64,000 nt of DNA from Clostridia bacterium (GTDB lineage Bacteria > Bacillota > Clostridia > Oscillospirales > SIG627), in the NCBI GenBank assembly GCA_017467865.1, contig JAFUKG010000043.1, positions 45,443-109,442 of the forward strand, written 5' to 3'. The number at the start of each line of letters is the position of its first letter. The first letter of the stretch is position 1. The notes under the pieces are model-generated. The model searched no databases, was not told the DNA's origin, and was given only the letters and a program-made list of their open reading frames with translations. Shown in pieces: positions 55,401 to 62,714 of this stretch. Position numbers and translations under genes: made by a program.

Positions 55401-56051
55401 AGGGTTGATAGCACGTGCACGGAACTCAGCCACTGCGTCCATGTCTACCATTTCCTTGAGGTCATCGTAATCCCAAGCTTCAATCTTTTGGATTTCGTGA
55501 GAAGTTCTGAAGCCGTCAAAGAAGTTAAGGAAGGGTACTCTGCCCTTGATAGTTGCAAGGTGAGCAACTGCACCAAGGTCCATAACTTCCTGAGGGTTGC
55601 TCTCTGCAAGCATAGCGTAACCTGTCTGACGGCAGGCATAAACGTCGGAGTGGTCTCCGAAAATGTTAAGTGCGTGAGAAGCAACACAACGAGCAGAAAC
55701 GTGAATAACGCTGGGAAGCAATTCACCTGCTATCTTGTACATATTGGGGATCATCAAAAGAAGACCCTGTGATGCTGTGTAAGTAGTGGTAAGAGCACCT
55801 GCTGCAAGAGAACCGTGAACCGCACCTGCGGCACCAGCCTCTGACTGCATCTCTACCATTTTAACTGTTTCACCGAAAATGTTTCTTGCGGGTTCACCGA
55901 AGATATTCTTATCGGCTGCTGACCAAGCGTCTGTAACCTCGGCCATAGGGCTTGAAGGGGTGATGGGGTATATAGCTGCTACTTCTGTGAACGCATAGGA
56001 CACGTGAGCGGCGGCTGTATTACCGTCCATGGAAATCTTTCTTCTTGCCAT
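52473..56051 (-). CDS. nifJ: Pyruvate:ferredoxin (flavodoxin) oxidoreductase
   Basis: 1192-aa single-chain PFOR with MQSEAGAAGAVHG, two ferredoxin motifs (CIQCNQCSYVCP, CMGCGACANICP) and the TPP domain GGDGWAYDIG. Confidence 0.97.
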   Translation of the reverse strand: MARRKISMDGNTAAAHVSYAFTEVAAIYPITPSSPMAEVTDAWSAADKNIFGEPARNIFGETVKMVEMQSEAGAAGAVHGSLAAGALTTTYTASQGLLLMIPNMYKIAGELLPSVIHVSARCVASHALNIFGDHSDVYACRQTGYAMLAESNPQEVMDLGAVAHLATIKGRVPFLNFFDGFRTSHEIQKIEAWDYDDLKEMVDMDAVAEFRARAINPEHPVLRGSAENGDIFFQHREACNRYYDALPEIVEEYMAKVNAKIGTNYQLFNYYGAADADRVIIAMGSMCDVAEEVVDYLNAHGEKVGLVKVRLYRPFRADKLLAAIPETAKKIAVLDRTKEPGSLGEPLYLDVVTAFANAGRQATIVGGRYGLGSKDTPPASVFAVYENLAADAPKNNFTIGIVDDVTGLSLEEKPAPDTSAEGTISCKFWGLGGDGTVGANKNSIKIIGDHTDKFIQAYFQYDSKKTGGITISHLRFGDKAIKSPYYINKANFVACHNQAYLTKYDMVSDIVPGGTFLLDCNWSEAELDAHLPASVKSYIANNNVKFYIINATDIALNQIGDGKVKNTVLQSAFFALAKILPAEEAVDYMKKMAYKSYSKKGQEIVDKNYAAIDAGAGALVEVKVPDAWKNAGKDAPAAAVTGDRAELVDFVNNVVNPVGAMKGDSLPVSAFEKYVDGTFPQGAAAYEKRGVAVKVPQWIPENCIQCNQCSYVCPHATLRPYALSADEAANAPEVMKMTQMKGKGCEEYKFAIAISPLDCMGCGACANICPAKEKALVMVPQAKESAQADVWTYTTEKVTKKDVPFADTTIKGSQFNQPLLEFSGSCAGCAETTYARLVTQLFGERMYISNATGCSSIWGGSAPATPYTVNRDTKRGPGWANSLFEDNAEHGLGMYLGQKAIRSRLIGKVEEMAASDKASDEFKAAAKAYLDTLEDGKANDAATKALVAQLEKAAKDGCPVAPEILKEKDYLSKKSVWIFGGDGWAYDIGFGGLDHVIASGEDVNIMVFDTEVYSNTGGQASKASNIGQVAQFAAAGKAISKKNLAQIAMSYGYVYVAQIAMGADMNQTIKAITEAEAYNGPSIIICYSPCELHRIKGGMTNCQAEMKKAVQAGYWQNFRFNPALKAEGKNPLTIDSKEPTADYIEFINSEVRYSSLTRAFPDRANALFEAAAAKAKEKYEDLVRQAKMYDNN

Positions 56052-56216
56052 TTCTTTTTCCTCCTTATGATTTTACTGTCCTTATTGTACAGTGTTTTTT
56101 ACATACGTATATATAATAACACTTTTTATTCTCTTTGTAAATATTATTTTTTGCTTTTTTTATAAAAAGTTTTTGGATTTGTTGTAAAATTGTGCATTTT
56201 ATGATAATATAATTAA

Positions 56217-56372
56217 AATGAATTGCCTTTTGGCATGAATTGAGTTTACACTCATGAATTGAACTAAAGTTCATGAATTGCACTGCGGTGCATTTGGGCA
56301 ATTCAATTCACGTTGCCATTGGCAATAATTCATGGCTTTTGCCAATTCATGACAACGCAGTTGTCAATTCAT
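56217..56372. repeat. CATGAATTG-hairpin ladder (4 forward + 4 inverted modules)
   Basis: Forward CATGAATTG at 56217, 56234, 56253 and 56272, with 19-nt spacing. Each is followed by a 4-bp stem and tetraloop with a different stem sequence (TGCC, GAGT, GAAC, GCAC). Inverted (C)AATTCATG lies at 56299, 56327, 56343 and 56365, each preceded by a small hairpin. Confidence 0.85.
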
Positions 56373-56390
56373 TTACGAGGTTACAATTTT

Positions 56391-56759
56391 ATGAAAGAAA
56401 ACAAGCTTGTAGAATTATCCAAGCAATTTGCAATAGATATTATCAATCTATGTACAAATGCTAAAGAAGCAAAAAAGGGGACCGTTTTATTAAATCAACT
56501 TTTAAGAAGTGGTACAAGTATAGGCGCAAACATACATGAAGCTAACTACGCCTCAAGCAAAGCTGATTTTATAAACAAATTTCATATTGCTTTGAAAGAA
56601 TGCTACGAAAGTGATTATTGGTTGGATATCTTCAAAGAAACATCTATCATTACAGAAGAACAATATCTCGATATGTATGAAAAATGCTGTAAAATTAGAA
56701 AACTACTTGTTGCCTCTATAAATACCGCCACCCAAAATAACAACTCATATACACATTAA
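56391..56759 (+). CDS. Four-helix-bundle protein (23S rRNA IVS / Avd-like family)
   Basis: 122 aa counted from MKENKLVELSKQFAIDIINLC. LLRSGTSIGANIHEANYASSKADFINKFHIALKECYESDYWL is typical of this family. Confidence 0.8.
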   Translation: MKENKLVELSKQFAIDIINLCTNAKEAKKGTVLLNQLLRSGTSIGANIHEANYASSKADFINKFHIALKECYESDYWLDIFKETSIITEEQYLDMYEKCCKIRKLLVASINTATQNNNSYTH

Positions 56760-56761
56760 TT

Positions 56762-56781
56762 TCATGAATTGCCTTGCGGCA
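56762..56781 (+). repeat. Downstream CATGAATTG module
   Basis: TCATGAATTGCC-ttgc-GGCA is nearly identical to the first upstream module (AATGAATTGCC-tttt-GGCA), so the two bracket the four-helix-bundle gene. Confidence 0.7.
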
Positions 56782-56806
56782 TTTATAAAATATCAACGGA
56801 GAAAAT

Positions 56807-57508
56807 ATGTCGAACGAAAAGCTTGCTTTATTGATACTTGTATTCGGAATAATAAATATTTCGGTTATCATTGGGGCTCTCATATATCACATACACTCAA
56901 AAGTTAAAAAAAGAATACGTCAAAGTAAGGTTGAACACTTCGGAGACAGCGCCGAAAAGAAGGTAGTTGACTTTTTGAAAAAGAATTTTCCAAGGGCCGT
57001 TATCATGGAAGACGTCTATCTTAAAACGCCCACGGGGCTTACCGAAATAGACGTTATACTTATTTCTGACAGAGGAATTTTCATAATCGAAGTAAAAAGC
57101 CACAACGGATATATCGTCACAAACGGAAAGCTGTGGATACAGCGCTGGCGTGACAAGGTCATACGCTTTCACAACCCTGTGGAGCAGAATAATATTCACA
57201 AAACCGCTCTTGAAGCGGTGTTCCGCAAAAGGCAAAGCCTTGCAAGTCTCCCCATTTATGCAGTGACGGTCTTCACGTCATCGAACGTGACATTCAGCCG
57301 TAACGTAAAAGACGTTATAAAGCTGTCTTCCCTGCCCTCTTATATCAAGAGAAGAAAGCCCGACAGAAGAATGACAAGAGATATGCGCAAGAGAGTAGAA
57401 AATTACATTTCTTCCAACATGGAGACGAGCAGACTAAAGCAGAACCAACACAAAAAGCGCATTTATCAGCACAATCAAAGAAAAAGAGCGTATAGAATAA
57501 ACAAATAG
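56807..57508 (+). CDS. NERD-domain protein with an N-terminal TM anchor
   Basis: LTEIDVILISDRGIFIIEVKSHNGYI core of the nuclease-related (NERD) domain. N-terminal helix LALLILVFGIINISVIIGALIY. Basic C-terminal tail. Confidence 0.75.
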   Translation: MSNEKLALLILVFGIINISVIIGALIYHIHSKVKKRIRQSKVEHFGDSAEKKVVDFLKKNFPRAVIMEDVYLKTPTGLTEIDVILISDRGIFIIEVKSHNGYIVTNGKLWIQRWRDKVIRFHNPVEQNNIHKTALEAVFRKRQSLASLPIYAVTVFTSSNVTFSRNVKDVIKLSSLPSYIKRRKPDRRMTRDMRKRVENYISSNMETSRLKQNQHKKRIYQHNQRKRAYRINK

Positions 57509-57534
57509 ACGGCAACGATGCCGTCTATTTGTTT
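57503..57534 (+). terminator. Terminator of the NERD gene
   Basis: ATAGACGGCA-acga-TGCCGTCTAT followed by TTGTTT; includes the stop codon. Confidence 0.7.
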
Positions 57535-57537
57535 ATT

Positions 57538-57600
57538 AATGCAAAATGCAGAATGATGAATGCAGAATTGCGGTTGATTTTGCCTGAGGGCAAAATCTTC
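57538..57600 (+). repeat. Heptad-repeat element, copy G (left arm + hairpin)
   Basis: AATGCAA/AATGCAG/AATGATG/AATGCAG, AATTGCGG, TTGATTTTGCC-tga-GGGCAAAATC, then TTCTTTTTT. Confidence 0.8.
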
Positions 57601-57604
57601 TTTT

Positions 57605-58717
57605 TTATAACAACGCCTTTTTAAACATTTCTCTTTCTTTTTCAAGGGTGACTTCAAAGGGAGAGACAAGGGTGTTTTTTGCTTTTGAAGTGGTAATAGC
57701 CCACTCGTCGGTTTCTTCCGCCTTAAAGGTGAAGCTATGAGGGAGAAGGGCTTTGAGCATTTCCTTAAACTCCGTTATACTTTTAAGTTTCATGGCTGAC
57801 AAAACGTTCTCTACCTTTTCGTGAATCACCTTTTCGGTCTCTTCAAGATACTCACCGAGAATGAGACCGTTTGCCATTCCGTGAGGAATATTTTTAAAAT
57901 AAGTGAGGGGGTATCCCATAGAATGGACTGTTGTTGTGCCCGTTTGAGCAATGACGATGCCTGCGAGAGTGGAAGCATAGATAAGACTTTGTGCCTGCTC
58001 CTCCTCTAACTTGTCCTCTAAAAGAGCACTTATATTATCTCCGATAATCTTAAGTCCTTCAAGGGCTATGCAGTCGGTTATAGGATTACTCCTTTTGTTG
58101 GTATAGCCCTCGATAAGGTGGCTTATGGCATCCACTACGGTATTACGAAGGGTTTGCAGAGGAAGAGCCAAGAGATACTTTCCGTCAACAAAGGCTACCT
58201 TATAGAAGGTGTCGGGAGAAGAAAAGGTTCTCTTACTCTTTTCTGAGTGGAGAGTGAGCACCGAGTAGGGTGTTACCTCAGAGCCTGTTCCTGCGGTAGT
58301 GGGTATTGCCGCCATTGGAAGGGGCCTATTTTTATAGACGCCATTATAGATGTCCATCATTTCAAAGTCGGAATTTTCCACGGGCTCGTTAGCTGTATAG
58401 ACGGCGATAGCCTTAGCCGCGTCAAGGGGTGAGCCTCCTCCGATTCCTATGATAAAATCAGTACCGAACTCTCTTGCGACCCTTGCCCCTTCAACACACT
58501 CCTCAATGGTAGGGTTATTGGAAATTCTATCGTAGATTTCATAAGGAATTTTAAGAAGTCCAAGGGCGTTTTCTACGTCGAAAAGAGCACCCGATGCTCT
58601 GCCTGAATTCTTGCCCGTAACGATAAAGGCACGGCTTCCCAGCTTCAGCTCTCCAACGTTGTCAATAAGAGCGTTCTTTCCGTAATAAACCCTTGTTGGC
58701 ATAAAAAATTTATACAT
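57605..58717 (-). CDS. Iron-containing alcohol dehydrogenase
   Basis: 370 aa with GIGGGSPLDAAKAIA and metal-binding His residues (TTVHSMGYPL). Confidence 0.85.
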   Translation of the reverse strand: MYKFFMPTRVYYGKNALIDNVGELKLGSRAFIVTGKNSGRASGALFDVENALGLLKIPYEIYDRISNNPTIEECVEGARVAREFGTDFIIGIGGGSPLDAAKAIAVYTANEPVENSDFEMMDIYNGVYKNRPLPMAAIPTTAGTGSEVTPYSVLTLHSEKSKRTFSSPDTFYKVAFVDGKYLLALPLQTLRNTVVDAISHLIEGYTNKRSNPITDCIALEGLKIIGDNISALLEDKLEEEQAQSLIYASTLAGIVIAQTGTTTVHSMGYPLTYFKNIPHGMANGLILGEYLEETEKVIHEKVENVLSAMKLKSITEFKEMLKALLPHSFTFKAEETDEWAITTSKAKNTLVSPFEVTLEKEREMFKKALL

Positions 58718-59619
58718 TACTTTCTTTCCTTTCTTTTTAAAACGTTAAGCAGAACGTAAACCGCTACAAGCACGATGACGGTTATCACAAGATAAGTATA
58801 CATTGTGGGAACCGAAACCTTATCCCCGAAGAAAATAACGTCGTAGTCAACGCTTTCCTTAAGTCCGTCGATGATTTCGAGAGGTACTCCGCTTTCTTCA
58901 AGCTCGGTGAAGGCACCCGACATTGCGTGCTTTCTGAAAAGAGAGGTTCCGTAGGTGCCGGGGAGGAAGGAGACAGCCTTTCTGAAGCCCTCAGAAAGCT
59001 GAGACAAGGGCATATATGCCCCGCAGATAAAGCCGTAGCAAGAGGAAACGATACTTCCTACTGCGGATATCTGACCTTGAGTAGATAAGAAGAAATTTAT
59101 TATGCTTGAAAGCGCCGTACCAAATCCCACCATAATAAAGACGTCAAGGAGAATAAAGAGTACGTCTCCCCAAGTCATATACCAGCCTACAACCGAAAGG
59201 TATATGATACATGCCACAGTTGCCACAAGAGATATGATGAGAGCTGATGCCGTTGTTGCAAGATAATAAGCGAGAGCCGTATGCGAGCTTTTTACGGGGG
59301 TTATTGAAATATCCTTTGCAGCCCCTGTAACCTTATCCTGTACCATGAGCATATTGGCACAAAAGGAAACAGTCACGCAGGACACCGAGAGCAAAGAGGA
59401 GAAGAGCTGACCTCCCACGAGTCCGTCAAGGAGCTTATCCTCTACTGTTATTCCGTAGGCAGTAAGCACGCTTTCAAAGGCGTCTCTGTACACGTTGCCC
59501 AGAAAGGTAGAGTAAAGAGCAAGGAGAATGAGAGGTGTTATAAGGGCGGTAAAGAACATTCCTTTATCACGGAAAAAAAGCTTTATATCACGCTTTAATA
59601 GATAAAAAAGTGCTGTCAC
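58717..59619 (-). CDS. ABC-2-type exporter permease
   Basis: 300 aa, 6 TM segments. Its start overlaps the ATPase stop and its stop shares one nt with the ADH start. Confidence 0.8.
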   Translation of the reverse strand: MTALFYLLKRDIKLFFRDKGMFFTALITPLILLALYSTFLGNVYRDAFESVLTAYGITVEDKLLDGLVGGQLFSSLLSVSCVTVSFCANMLMVQDKVTGAAKDISITPVKSSHTALAYYLATTASALIISLVATVACIIYLSVVGWYMTWGDVLFILLDVFIMVGFGTALSSIINFFLSTQGQISAVGSIVSSCYGFICGAYMPLSQLSEGFRKAVSFLPGTYGTSLFRKHAMSGAFTELEESGVPLEIIDGLKESVDYDVIFFGDKVSVPTMYTYLVITVIVLVAVYVLLNVLKRKERK

Positions 59620-60530
59620 TGTTTGTCACCTCCTGCAAGACTTTTGCCTGTAACGGCAAGAAAAACGTCATCCATTTTTCCTTTTATTATTTCTATGTCG
59701 GAAAAGATATCGGGGTATTCGTTAATAAGAGATAGTGCCTCTTTCGTATCCTTTACCGATATGCGGTACGCCTCCCCTACCCTTTCGTAAGGAATGTCAA
59801 GTCTCTTTACGTCTTTCTCGTCCACTGAGTAAAGTGTGACGAAGTCTCTGACGTATTTGTTTTTCAGGTCGTGAGGACTACCCTCTGCAACGATTTTTCC
59901 ACTGTCGAGAATTACAACGTAGTCGGCGTCTGCCGCCTCCTCCATATAGTGGGTAGTGAGAAAGACGGTAAGCCCCTCTTTTGCTCTTAAATTCTCAATT
60001 ACCGACCATATAGTTTTTCTTGTCTGTGGGTCAAGTCCCGTAGTGGGCTCGTCAAGAATAAGTATCTTAGGGTGATGAAAGAGAGCGCGTGCAATATCTA
60101 TTCGTCTCTTCTGTCCTCCCGAGAGCTTACCTACACGGCGACGAAGCAGGTCCTTCAGGTCGAGTAGGTCGGAAAGCTCTTCCAGTCTCTCTTCAAAAGC
60201 CTTACCCGTTATTCCGTAAAGGGACGCCTTTATCTTAAGGTTATCATAGACCGACAGAGCCATATCGAGAACTGAATTTTGAAAGACTACTCCCAGACTC
60301 TCTTTGATTTTCTGCATATTGCCGTTTTGGGATAAGCCGTCGATTGTGACACTTCCCGCATCCTCTTTTAAGGCACCGCACATAACGGATATGGTAGTAC
60401 TTTTTCCTGCGCCGTTTACACCGAGGAAAGCAAAAAGCTCACCACGCTTTACCTTGAAGCTTAAATCGTCAACGGCTTTCAGCTTGCCGTAGCATTTTGT
60501 AAGATTTTTAATTTCAATAATGTTATTCAT
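59616..60530 (-). CDS. ABC transporter ATP-binding protein (DrrA/CcmA-like)
   Basis: Walker A GVNGAGKST, signature LSGGQKRR, Walker B LILDEPTTGLD. Confidence 0.9.
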   Translation of the reverse strand: MNNIIEIKNLTKCYGKLKAVDDLSFKVKRGELFAFLGVNGAGKSTTISVMCGALKEDAGSVTIDGLSQNGNMQKIKESLGVVFQNSVLDMALSVYDNLKIKASLYGITGKAFEERLEELSDLLDLKDLLRRRVGKLSGGQKRRIDIARALFHHPKILILDEPTTGLDPQTRKTIWSVIENLRAKEGLTVFLTTHYMEEAADADYVVILDSGKIVAEGSPHDLKNKYVRDFVTLYSVDEKDVKRLDIPYERVGEAYRISVKDTKEALSLINEYPDIFSDIEIIKGKMDDVFLAVTGKSLAGGDKQ

Positions 60531-60738
60531 TTCCTTCTACCTCTGAAAAAATATTGGAAATAAGCTTTTTCTGCTCGTCTATGGGAAGTATGGCAAGTCC
60601 TCTTCGGCTGTCTCCGAGAACAAGTATTTCGCTCCCCGGTGTCAAGCCGAAAAGCTCTCTTGCCTCTTTAGGGATAACGAACTGTCCCTTCTCCCCTATT
60701 TTTACCATCCATGCATATTTGCCCTTTGGAAAATCCAT
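60523..60738 (-). CDS. AbrB/MazE/SpoVT-family DNA-binding protein
   Basis: 71 aa with a MVKIGEKGQFVIPKEARELFGLTPGSEILVL swapped-hairpin motif. Overlaps the ATPase start by 8 nt. Confidence 0.75.
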   Translation of the reverse strand: MDFPKGKYAWMVKIGEKGQFVIPKEARELFGLTPGSEILVLGDSRRGLAILPIDEQKKLISNIFSEVEGNE

Positions 60739-60813
60739 TACATCACCTCGTATGATTAGTATGATTAATCATACCACAAAAGCATAAAGATGTCAAGAGA
60801 AAAAACAATATTT

Positions 60814-60941
60814 AAGGGGGAGTGCTTTTTATAAAAGCACTCCCCCTTAACCCCCACGAAAACTATAATTATTAAAAAATAAATTATAAAAGTTTTTGAA
60901 AAAGAGTTTGAGAGGAAACTTTTTTCAAAAAGTTTCCTCCC
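60814..60941 (+). repeat. G-rich hairpin mosaic related to the insert of heptad copy F
   Basis: AAGGGGGAGTGCTTTTTATAAAAGCACTCCCCCTT, CCACGAAAA, then GAGTTTGAGAGGAAACTTTTTTCAAAAAGTTTCCTCCC. The same modules with different stems occur at 52254-52372. Confidence 0.7.
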
Positions 60942-60947
60942 AAAAAA

Positions 60948-62105
60948 TCAATAGTTTTCTTTTCTAACTTCAAAATACGCCTGAGGATGCTTACATACAG
61001 GGCAAACCTCGGGTGCTTTTTTGCCGATTACAAGGTGTCCGCAGTTGCGGCATTCCCACATAATCTCCTCGGACTTCTCAAAAACCTTCTGCATTTCAAC
61101 GTTTGAGAGAAGCTTAAGATATCTTTCTTCATGGGATTTTTCAATCTGTCCTACCATTCTAAACTGAGCGGCAAGGTCGTGGAAGCCTTCCTCGTCAGCT
61201 TCTTTAGCGAACTGGTCATACATTTCGGTCCATTCATAGTTCTCGCCTGCGGCTGCATCCTTAAGGTTAGATGCGGTATCGCCAAGGCAGGAAAGAGCCT
61301 TGAACCAAAGCTTTGCGTGTTCCTTTTCATTGTTGGCAGTCTCTTCAAAGATTGCCGCTATCTGCTGATAGCCTTCCTTCTTTGCAACAGAAGCGAAGTA
61401 AGTATACTTGTTTCTCGCCTGAGATTCGCCTGCAAAAGCGTCTCTGAGGTTCTGTTCTGTTTTTGTGCCTTTAAGTTCCATAGTTTCTTCTCCTTTTTCT
61501 ATAACAATTTTTTCAAAATCCGAAGCCCCGTGCTTACAAAGGGGGCATATAAAATCCGCAGGAAGCTCTTCTCCGTCATACACGTATCCGCAGATAACGC
61601 AGCGCCAGCCGCCCTTATTTTCTTTCTTTGGCTGGGGCTTGACCTTTGCGTGATAGTATCCGTAAGTCATGCTCTCGCTTTCCTTTATTGTCTTAGCATC
61701 GGTAAGGATTGCGATAAAGGTGGTATGAGTTCCCATATCCACGCTTCTTGTGACCTCAAAGGACATGACAGCATTTGAATAGTCCGAGAGTGCGAGAATG
61801 CCGTTACCGAGTCTTTCGGTTTTAAATCCCGAAAGCTTATCTCCGTCTCTGCCCGACCTCATGCCAAGTGTTTCAAAAACACTGTACGGGCAGGACGTAT
61901 CAAGGACAGATACGTTAAATCTGCCTGTCTCGGCTATCATATCGTGGGTAAGATTAGACTTGTTGACACTTATACTGCAGATGACGTCGGGAGATGACGT
62001 TACCTGCATAAGAGTATTTATAATACAAGCGTTATCTCTGCCGCCGCTTTTAGCAAAAAGGGCGTAAAGACCGTAGCTTATTTTAAAAAGTGCCTTTGTA
62101 TCCAT
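60948..62105 (-). CDS. Flavin reductase-like / rubredoxin / rubrerythrin fusion protein
   Basis: A single 385-aa ORF. It has an N-terminal flavin-reductase-like domain ([13 protein letters not shown]), a rubredoxin ([12 protein letters not shown]...CPLCKHG), a di-iron rubrerythrin ([38 protein letters not shown]) and a C-terminal CRNCG...CPVCKHP. Confidence 0.85.
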   Translation of the reverse strand: MDTKALFKISYGLYALFAKSGGRDNACIINTLMQVTSSPDVICSISVNKSNLTHDMIAETGRFNVSVLDTSCPYSVFETLGMRSGRDGDKLSGFKTERLGNGILALSDYSNAVMSFEVTRSVDMGTHTTFIAILTDAKTIKESESMTYGYYHAKVKPQPKKENKGGWRCVICGYVYDGEELPADFICPLCKHGASDFEKIVIEKGEETMELKGTKTEQNLRDAFAGESQARNKYTYFASVAKKEGYQQIAAIFEETANNEKEHAKLWFKALSCLGDTASNLKDAAAGENYEWTEMYDQFAKEADEEGFHDLAAQFRMVGQIEKSHEERYLKLLSNVEMQKVFEKSEEIMWECRNCGHLVIGKKAPEVCPVCKHPQAYFEVRKENY

Positions 62106-62113
62106 TTATAACC

Positions 62114-62704
62114 TCACATTTCAACTCTTGAAGCAGTAAGCTCTTCGTAATAATTTATGAGTGTTGCGTTGTGGTAAGCCTCAACCCAAAGGGTGCCTAT
62201 GCCGAAGCAAAGACCACCAATAATATACCATCCGATAAAGGATAAGTCAAGGATAAAGAGGTCCATTTTGTGACCGTTTGTCAGCCTTCGGCTTTCGTCA
62301 AGGCACTGTCTCCAAGTCCAAGCCTCGTGCTCACTCTTGAGATAGTATGCCATAGAATAAGAATACGCCTTAACAATTCCGGGGATGACAAAAAGAAGCG
62401 ACCAAAGGGCAATAAAGATTGTTTGAAGAAGCCCGAGAAGGAGTGTACCGCCAAAGTCCTTTGTAAAGCCTTCAAAAAGTCCTTCAAACTTAACTGCGCC
62501 AAATCTTTTCAGGTTTTTGAAAACCGCCATAAGTCCTACTCCCAAGGGTCCTGCAAGAAACACCGTCAAAAGGGGAATTGACGATGCGGCGCTTGTTATA
62601 GCCGTCACGATAAGCACTGCAACTACTGCGAGAAGCCAATTGTTCTTAAAAATTCCGCCGTCAAGCTGTTCGCGGGCAAGGCGTTTAAGTTCAGCTCTAT
62701 TCAT
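62114..62704 (-). CDS. DUF975-family membrane protein
   Basis: 196 aa with MNRAELKRLAREQLDGGIFKNNWLLAVVAVLI, typical of DUF975. Confidence 0.75.
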   Translation of the reverse strand: MNRAELKRLAREQLDGGIFKNNWLLAVVAVLIVTAITSAASSIPLLTVFLAGPLGVGLMAVFKNLKRFGAVKFEGLFEGFTKDFGGTLLLGLLQTIFIALWSLLFVIPGIVKAYSYSMAYYLKSEHEAWTWRQCLDESRRLTNGHKMDLFILDLSFIGWYIIGGLCFGIGTLWVEAYHNATLINYYEELTASRVEM

Positions 62705-62714
62705 ATTATGCTCC

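Noticed and set aside
54564-55772. 402-aa plus-strand ORF, and several shorter ones, inside nifJ
   Set aside because: It is antisense to the 1192-aa PFOR frame, whose conserved motifs are unambiguous. It shows no RBS or family resemblance.
60948-62105. Rubrerythrin fusion as two separate genes (an Hrb-like gene plus rbr)
   Set aside because: The given sequence has no stop codon and no RBS-like motif between the domains, so it is kept as one CDS. A sequencing error at the junction cannot be excluded, and this is listed as a check.
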